From: Octopus vulgaris
Taxonomy: Eukaryota
Direction of reading: 5' to 3'
Length of the DNA: 64,000 nucleotides
Assembly: GCA_951406725.2 (NCBI GenBank)
Contig: OX597821.1
Coordinates: forward strand, 6,758,001 to 6,822,000
A program made the position numbers and the translations under genes. The notes beneath the pieces were generated by a model. The model saw only the letters and a program-made list of their open reading frames with translations. It had not been told where the DNA came from and did not search any database. Below, in pieces: positions 55,825 to 64,000 of the stretch. The first letter of the stretch is position 1. Every line of letters starts with the position of its first letter.

Positions 55825-56018
55825 TCTGTACTTATTCGTTAAAAAACAAAACAAACAAAAATTAAAGCAAAAATGCATGGCTGTATGGTTAAAAAGTTCG
55901 CTTCGCAACTAAGTGGTTTCACGTTCAAGTCCCACTACGCAGCACATTAGACAAGGGTCTTCTTTTATAGCCTCGGGTTAACCAATACCTTGTAAGGGAA
56001 CTCGTCATATATAGACGG

Positions 56019-56053
<35 letters not shown>

Positions 56054-57908
56054 GGTAGGTATGTGTGCTTGTGTGGAGTTTTTGCATTTGTTTTATTTGT
56101 ACTCCTTCACCGTATGACAATCGGTGTTGATTCGTTTACATCCCTGTACCTTGGCGTTTCCACGAAAGAGATCGTTAGAATGAGTACCAGATCTTAAAAT
56201 AAAGTACAGAGGTCGACTTGATCGACTTAAACTCTTAAAGGCAGTGACCCAGCATGGCCGCAGTCCAATGAAGATGGTTAACACCTTGGATTCGGTGCAG
56301 TTTTAGAAGAAGTTGATCTCTTTGTCTTGTGTATTTCGTGACGTTTGTGTAAAACAGGACACGGTTATTCCCAGGCTATCTTGAAAGCTTCAATTATTTG
56401 TTGCATCAGTCCCTAATGTCTGACATTGTATATATGAAGAGTAAGGTGAAAAAAAAATTAGAAAAAAGATCAAAGCATTTGAAAGTGTTGCCCTCAAAAA
56501 AAGTTGACGCACTCTGTATATCATACATTGTCTTCTTTTATCCTGTACTTATTTCAGGTCGTCAGGTCGTCGACTTTGCCTTTCATCATTTCGGGGTCAA
56601 TAAATTAAGTACCAGTTACTCACTGGCGTCGATGTAATCGACTTAGTCCGTTTGTCTGTCCTTGTTTGTCCTCTCTGTGTTTAGCCCCTTGTAGGTAGAA
56701 AAGCAATAGGTATTTCGTCTGCCGCTACGCTCTGAGTTCAAATTCCGCCGAAGTCGATTTTGCCTTTCATCCTTTCGGGGTCGATTAAATAAGTACCAGT
56801 TACGCACTGGGGTCGATAAAATCAACTTAATCCGTTTGTCTGACCTTGTTTGTCCCCTTGTGGGCAGTAAAGAAATAAGATACTAGGGCGTTTGTATAAA
56901 ATTTTTTCCCGGGAATGTAAATAAATGGTGGAATTTAAGTATGTCATTGAAAATATATAAAAATCGGAGATAACATGCGTTATGCTATTCCAAGTTTCTC
57001 AAATTTTCAACAATTTGAAATACACTTTTAAAATACTGTTATTTATTTCTAGGTACGTAATTACTAAGCAAATACTTCGAAAGGTGTTTGCAATGACCTA
57101 ACACCTCAGATCTCTCAATCCGTTCAAATGCATCTTGTTGTTTTCTTCCTTCACCTCCACCTCCTCCTCCTCCTCCTTCTTCTTCTTCTTCTTCTTCTTC
57201 TTCTTCTTCTTCTTCTTCTTCTTCTTCTTCTTCTTTCGTGGTGAAATAGTGTATCCCACCATACGTTAACTATTACATCTTTCCTTACATCGATAGAACG
57301 TGATTTGACAGTAATTTCATAACTTTAGCTAACAGACCGATCATACCCCACTGGTTCCTTTGTTGATAGTATTGCGTGCAATACTATCAGTAGTGAGCTA
57401 GACTTGTGGTGTATGTGTGTGGGTATTGATATAGGTAATGGGGTGTGTCTGAGTATTATTGAAATAATATCATGTCAAAACTACAGGTGTGTCACTGTTT
57501 ACTCTCGCCCACTCTACCCCTTTCCACCACTCTGTTTACATGAAGGAAGTAATAAAACCAGAGCAAATCAATCTTGATAAATCGAAGTGCGGCTAGATGG
57601 TAGGGTGGAAGGTAGAGCATAACGGGTAGATGTTACAAGAAAAGAGGTGGGAGGATACGCACTCTCTTATACACAAACACTCAGGTGCGCGCACACACAC
57701 ACACTCAACATATACACGTGTGTGCGTATACGTGCATACATACATATACATATACATATGTGTGTGTGTATGTAGATATACTCGCACGCACACACACATA
57801 CACGTATACACACATAGGGAAATAAAAGTTAGATTGATTAATCAGGGAAAAGAAAGAAACAGTGAGAAAACACAGAGATACAGCGATACGGATATGTATA
57901 TATATACA

Positions 57909-57985
<77 letters not shown>

Positions 57986-58260
57986 GTATGTATATATATA
58001 TACATAAATATATATACATACATAAATATTTACATACAAAAAATCTATATATACATATATACATAAATATATATATATATATACATAAATATATAAATAT
58101 ATACATAAATACATATATATATACATAAATATATATATACATTATTATGTATATACATAAATATATATATATATACATAAATATGCATAAATATATATAT
58201 ACATAAATATATATATATATACTTATATACATATACATATATATATATATATATATATAC

Positions 58261-58339
<79 letters not shown>

Positions 58340-58449
58340 GTATATATATATATATGTATTTATGTATATATTTATATATTTATGTATATAAATATATATG
58401 GCTGACCGTTAGTAAGGAGAGACACACAAATAAGAAAGAAGGAAGCAAA

Positions 58450-58494
58450 GGACCACTGATGAGATCACAGGAGTGTGACGAAAGAACTCTGGCC
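58450..58494 (+). ncRNA. Putative minimal type I hammerhead ribozyme in a short dispersed repeat
   Basis: CCA-CTGATGA-G(A)TCACA-ggag-TGTGAC-GAAA-G-aa-CTC-TGG: intact core boxes, stem II, minimal stem III, CUC triplet, stem I CCA/TGG. Confidence 0.6.
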
Positions 58495-58767
58495 GAAATA
58501 AGATTTAAGATTAATGTAAAAGATAAATAACGCTGAAGCAAATTAACACCAAATACATAGTGCGTGTGTTTTTATTGGCTAAACTGGCAAATTGACCATT
58601 CCTAAATACAACATCTGTTTCAACACACGATTTCACATCAAGAATCTCGCAAAACAAATATATAAACGTATATATATATATACATATATACATAAATATA
58701 CATATATACATATATACATATATACATAAATATACAAATATATACATATATATATATATATATATTT

Positions 58768-58827
<60 letters not shown>

Positions 58828-59258
58828 CAGAGAGAGAGAGAGGAGGAAGAGAGAGAGGAGAGGTGAGTGTGTAAGATATTGCAAAACTCCCAATATCCGT
58901 TTCACGAGATTAGCTCATAATTCCACAGAATGTCAAAATGTATGGAGAAGGTGAAGATTTGGAGGTTGTTTGGAAAGAAACCCATCCTGTTTCTCTGCGA
59001 AGCACCCAAGAAACGAGTAGAATGGAGTGAATGCTTCCAAAATCCACGGGTAAACAATTCGTATTTAAAAAAAGATTAAGATTGAGATAAAGGAAGAATG
59101 AGGAAATTAACTGATAAGCAGAGATGCATCAACATACTTTCGTTTTTTAATGTATGTGTGTATGTGGTTGTGTATATGTGTTGAGCAAATACTGTGTATT
59201 GTGTGCCGGTATATGTGTGTGTGTACATACGTATATGTATTATGTACTTACGCAGGTA

Positions 59259-60477
59259 TTGAGTTGGCAACTAAGTTCCTGCCGTTTTTTTAAATTTTGG
59301 AATCTATTTTGTTTCTTTTTCTAGTTAATTTTAGTTAATTTTTATTTGTTTTCAGATCATTAAAATGGAATGTCAAGTTAAGAAAAAAGTGCATTTTCGA
59401 CACCTTCTTAGAATCCTAGGTTCTAAGGCCGCAAAAGCTGCTCGCGACATTTGTGCTGTGTTTGGAGAGGGTGACATAGCTGAAAGAACCGCTCGTTATT
59501 CGTATGCTAAGTTCAAAAATGAAAATTTTGTTCTCAAAGACGCACCTCGTTCTGTCCGTCCAGTTGAGTTCGATGAAGAGCGATTAAACCAACTTTTCCA
59601 CGAAAATTCTCGTCAGACGACAAGGGAACTGGCAGAGAAAATGGAATGCTCCCACACTGCTACAGAGAAGCAACTTCACTCGATGGGAAAGGTTCAGAAG
59701 TATGGAGCATGGGTTCCGCATGCTTTAAGTGACAACAACAAAAATCAACGAGCCACAATCCCCGCTGGTTTTCTTGCTCGTCAAATCTCAACTCATGGAC
59801 ACAAGCAACGATTTCTTTACCGAATCGTTACTGGCGACGAAAAATGGTGCCTGTACATCAATATGAAGCAGCGTAAGGAATGGTTTAGCCCCGTTAAACA
59901 AACGACACCGCGCGTGAAACAAGATCTTCATCCGCGTAAAACGATGTTGTGCGTATGGTGGGACTGGGAAGAGATTATCCATTACGAATTGCTTGAACGG
60001 AACCAAACGGTCAACGCGGAATTCTGTGTTCCACTGATGGAACGACTCAACACGGCTATTCAAGAGAAAAGACCTAATCGTCAACATGGAGTTCTTCTGC
60101 TGCACGACAACGCCCGCCCTCATATCGCCAATATGACCAAGGAAGCCATTCAAACGCATGGCTGGAAAGTGCTACCACACTTGCCGTACTCTCCTGATTT
60201 GGCACCAACGGATTTCCACCTCTTTTGATCTCTTTCAAATGCTATGCGCGGAGTTTCGTTCAATACTGATGCAGAATTGAGAGCTTGGTTGGATCAATTT
60301 TTCGAGTCAATATCAGGTGATTTCTACCAATGAGGTATTGAAAATCTTGTTGATCGTTGGGAAGAAGTTGTAAACAACAAGGGTGAATACATTATTGATT
60401 AATTAGTTGGTATTTTTTATTAATCCTTTTAAAAAATTTAAATTGAAAAAACGGCGGGAACTTAGTTGGCAACCTAA
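59259..60477 (+). mobile_element. Mariner (DD34D) DNA transposon, full length
   Basis: About 30-bp TIRs (ttgagttggcaactaagttcctgccgtttttt / aaaaaacggcgggaacttagttggcaacctaa), flanked by TA on both sides, with an internal transposase. Confidence 0.95.
59365..60402 (+). pseudogene. Mariner transposase with two premature TGA stops
   Basis: WVPHAL, IVTGDEKW, HDNARPH and YSPDLAPTD motifs. TGA at 60226-60228 and 60331-60333; the frame otherwise continues to GEYIID* at 60402. Confidence 0.9.
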
Positions 60478-60818
60478 TAGTTATTTAAGTGAATATGCAT
60501 CTTGAAATTATCCCCCTTTCTCATTGAGAGTCAAAACTAAGTGCCACTTGGCATTTGTTTACCTTCTCCTAAAGTGAAGATATTTTCCGTAAATCAGGAA
60601 TTCATCTTGTATGGCATTTAATATACACTCGTTCATCTTATGCTTTCGTTTATACCACTTTACTTATTTTCTTTACAAACACACACGTTTGTGTGTGTTT
60701 GTGCATCTATGTATACACTTAAGCATGTACATTCATGCACAGAAACGAAAACATTCGCTCAAATATACATACATACATACATACCTACATACATACATAC
60801 ATACATACATACATACAT

Positions 60819-60865
<47 letters not shown>

Positions 60866-60992
60866 TACATACATACATACATACATACATACATACATAC
60901 ATACATACGTGTGTAGATAAACAGTTATACAGAGATAGACATATAGCTAGCTATATGCCTGTCTCTGTCTGACTGTCAGACTGTTTATCTAT

Positions 60993-61068
<76 letters not shown>

Positions 61069-61661
61069 CGCTAGCTAGCTATATACATATTTGTGTAGCT
61101 AGCTGTTAAGCAGAGATATATCAACAAATTTTCCTTCTCTGGTGTATGTGTTTATACTCCCATTTGTCTTGTGCTCTCGTTTATACCATTTTACCTATTT
61201 ATCTAAGCCCAATGTTCTGTAGAGTGTCTAAACGCATGGAGAGGGTAGAGAAGGTGAAGATTTGGAAGTTGGTTGGAAAGAAATCCGCTTTATTTCTTTG
61301 CAAAGCACCCAAGAAACGAGTACAATGTAGTCATTGCATCCAAAATATGTTTCTTTATTAGCCACACAGGGCTGCACACAGACGGGAGCGATTACAAAGT
61401 AGAGCTTTTCTTTTTTGGGAGAAAAAAAAAAGTGGGGTAGGTTTTCGATCAAAAGGGATCGTAAAAGGGAAGAGAAAAAGAAAAAGAAGAAAAAAGCGAT
61501 CAATAGGGATCGTGTATCACAGAAATGTGATGATGTAAAGTGTAAAGGAGGAAGCAGATAAGGTTTATCCGTGGGAAGAAAAGCCTACGGAAAAGACCAC
61601 GGTAACCTCGGTCAATAATGTCACATGTTAACACATTTGTTTGCAAGTAAGTAACCCTCTG

Positions 61662-61693
<32 letters not shown>

Positions 61694-61707
61694 GGAGAGA
61701 GAGAGAG

Positions 61708-61764
<57 letters not shown>

Positions 61765-61852
61765 AACAAATAGACAGACAGGCAAATAGATAGACAATTA
61801 GACAGATAAAGAGACAAATAGGTAAAAAGACTTATAAAAAGGGGAAAAGATT

Positions 61853-61917
<65 letters not shown>

Positions 61918-63500
61918 AGCCAGACAGAACTAAAACGCCTACACGTGTGCTTGCCTGTTTGAGAGTGAGCGAATTTGATTGTATGCGTGTCTTATGTGTA
62001 ATCCCGGAGGAATTACAAGAGATAAGAAGCCCATTGAAGCCCATTGTGCTACTTTGCTTAACATAAACACAATTAATCCATTACTCACGCTTCATTTGTT
62101 TTAACATTAACGAAACAACTTTAGTTCCCTTGTCTATTGCGGAGGCGTGTAGAAGACAACATGTGACGAAACGGTGGTGCGGTGGTGGTGGTGGTGGCGA
62201 TGGTAGTGGTGGTGGAGTCGATGACGGTGATGGCAGTAGTGTTTGTGGTTGCCGTCGTGATGATGGTGATGGTGGTGATGTTTTGGTGATGGTGATTACG
62301 GTAAAGTGGTGGTGGTGGTGGAGGTGGTGAGATTGATGGTGGTGATGGTGGTTTTGGTTTTAGTAATGGAAGTATTTGATTATGGTGGTTGTGGTGGTCG
62401 TCGGAGCAGTGGTAGTGGTGGTGGTGGTGGTGGTGGTGGTACGGGGCCATTCGATCATATTAAGTTTGACTGGTATTGATCTTATCGACACAGAAAGGAT
62501 GAAAGGTAAAGTCGACCTCGTCAGAAATTGAAGTTAGGAAGTATAGATCGATGGACTGCCGCGAAGCATTTTGTCCGGCGCGGTGACGATTCTGCCAGCT
62601 CACCACCCTAAGAAACTAAATAAGGACTTCAAATTTTATCACAAGGCCAGCAATTTGTGGGGAGTGGGTAAGTCGATTACATTAACTCCAGTACTCAACT
62701 GGTACTTATTTTATCGACTCCGAAGGATGAAAGGCAAAGTCGACCTCGGCAGAATTTGAACTCAGAATGTAAAAACAGACAAAATATCGGTAAACGTGCT
62801 AACGATTCTGCCAGTTGGCCACCTTTAAGAAACTAAATGATCCTTACATTATTTACATTTGACGGATATTTGTCCTCATCTTGTTTGTTGTTAACACACC
62901 GTTTCGGCTGATATTGTGGTGTTGATGGTGCTGGTGGTGGTGGTGGTGGTGGTGGTACCTGGCTTCGATCATATTAAGTATTTTTCGACTGTTGTTATTA
63001 TTGATCTAATATCGACACAGAATAGGATGAAAGGTAATAATCGACCTCGTCAATAATAATGAAGTAATAGATAAGTAATAGATCGATGGACTGCCGCGAA
63101 GCATTTTGTCCGGCGCGGTGACGATTCTGCCAGCTTCACCACCCTACAGAAATAAGATAAGGACTTCAAATTTTATCAGACAAGGCCAGCAATTTGTGGG
63201 ACTGGGTCCCAAGTCGATTACATTAAACGTATCTCAGTACTCAACTGGTACTTATTTATCGACTCCGAAGATGAAAGGTCAAAGTCGACCTCGGCAGAAT
63301 TTGAACTCAGAATGTAAAAACAGACAAAATATCGCTCAAACGTGCTAACGATTCTGCCAGTTGGCCACCTTTAAGAAACTAAATAATTTACATTATTTAT
63401 ATTCAACGGATATTTGTCCTCATCTTGTTTGTTGTTAACACACCGTTTCGGCTGATATACTCTCCAGATTGTTATACTTATAATAATAATAATAATAATA

Positions 63501-63585
<85 letters not shown>

Positions 63586-63599
63586 TATTATTATTATTA

Positions 63600-63666
<67 letters not shown>

Positions 63667-64000
63667 GGAATCGAACTCGGAATCTTGGAGTTAGTATCCC
63701 GCGCTCTTAACCACAACGCCATAAGCCTTTTCTACTAAAGGCATAAACCCTGAAGTTTGTGGGGAGGGGGCTAGTCGGTTACATTACCCTATATCCCATT
63801 TTCTTTAACTTATAGTCAGAAGAAAAGTGTCCCTGGCTCTTTACAGTCTCCATAACTGTCGGGAATAGAAAGAGAATGTATCCTTATACTGAAGAACAGG
63901 CCTGAATGATCGAAAGACAGTGGGGTCCTCTAAAGGCATTCCATGTGCCAAGTTAGTGGTATTGAATCAGACAATGGACTAAATCTATCGCCTAAGCAGT

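Overview
Eukaryotic, AT-rich, extremely microsatellite-rich DNA. The SINE/LINE repertoire looks like that of an octopus (coleoid cephalopod); this is inferred from recognition, not from a search. Almost all ORF-track entries are microsatellite or SINE artefacts. One real host gene can be rebuilt by hand on the minus strand: an 11-coding-exon DTHD1-like gene (ZU5-ZU5-UPA-like-Death domain, 43617->12607, 2127 nt CDS, 708 aa) with all GT-AG junctions phase-compatible. Upstream are further candidate spliced exons (about 55.8-50.9 kb) that may encode a separate spliced ORF ending in the same exon as the DTHD1 start. The rest is transposon debris: several tRNA-derived SINE families, CR1/L2, RTE and R4/Dong-type LINE fragments, Penelope-like remnants, a near-intact mariner, a decayed Tc1, a Merlin-like MITE, a Helitron and a Helentron-like element, palindromic MITEs and a 19-bp minisatellite. 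The most unusual signal is at least six loci carrying minimal hammerhead-ribozyme-like motifs in short non-coding, Penelope/retrozyme-like elements, some in inverted configurations and some in the sense direction of DTHD1 introns. No CRISPR array, rRNA or bona fide tRNA gene was seen.
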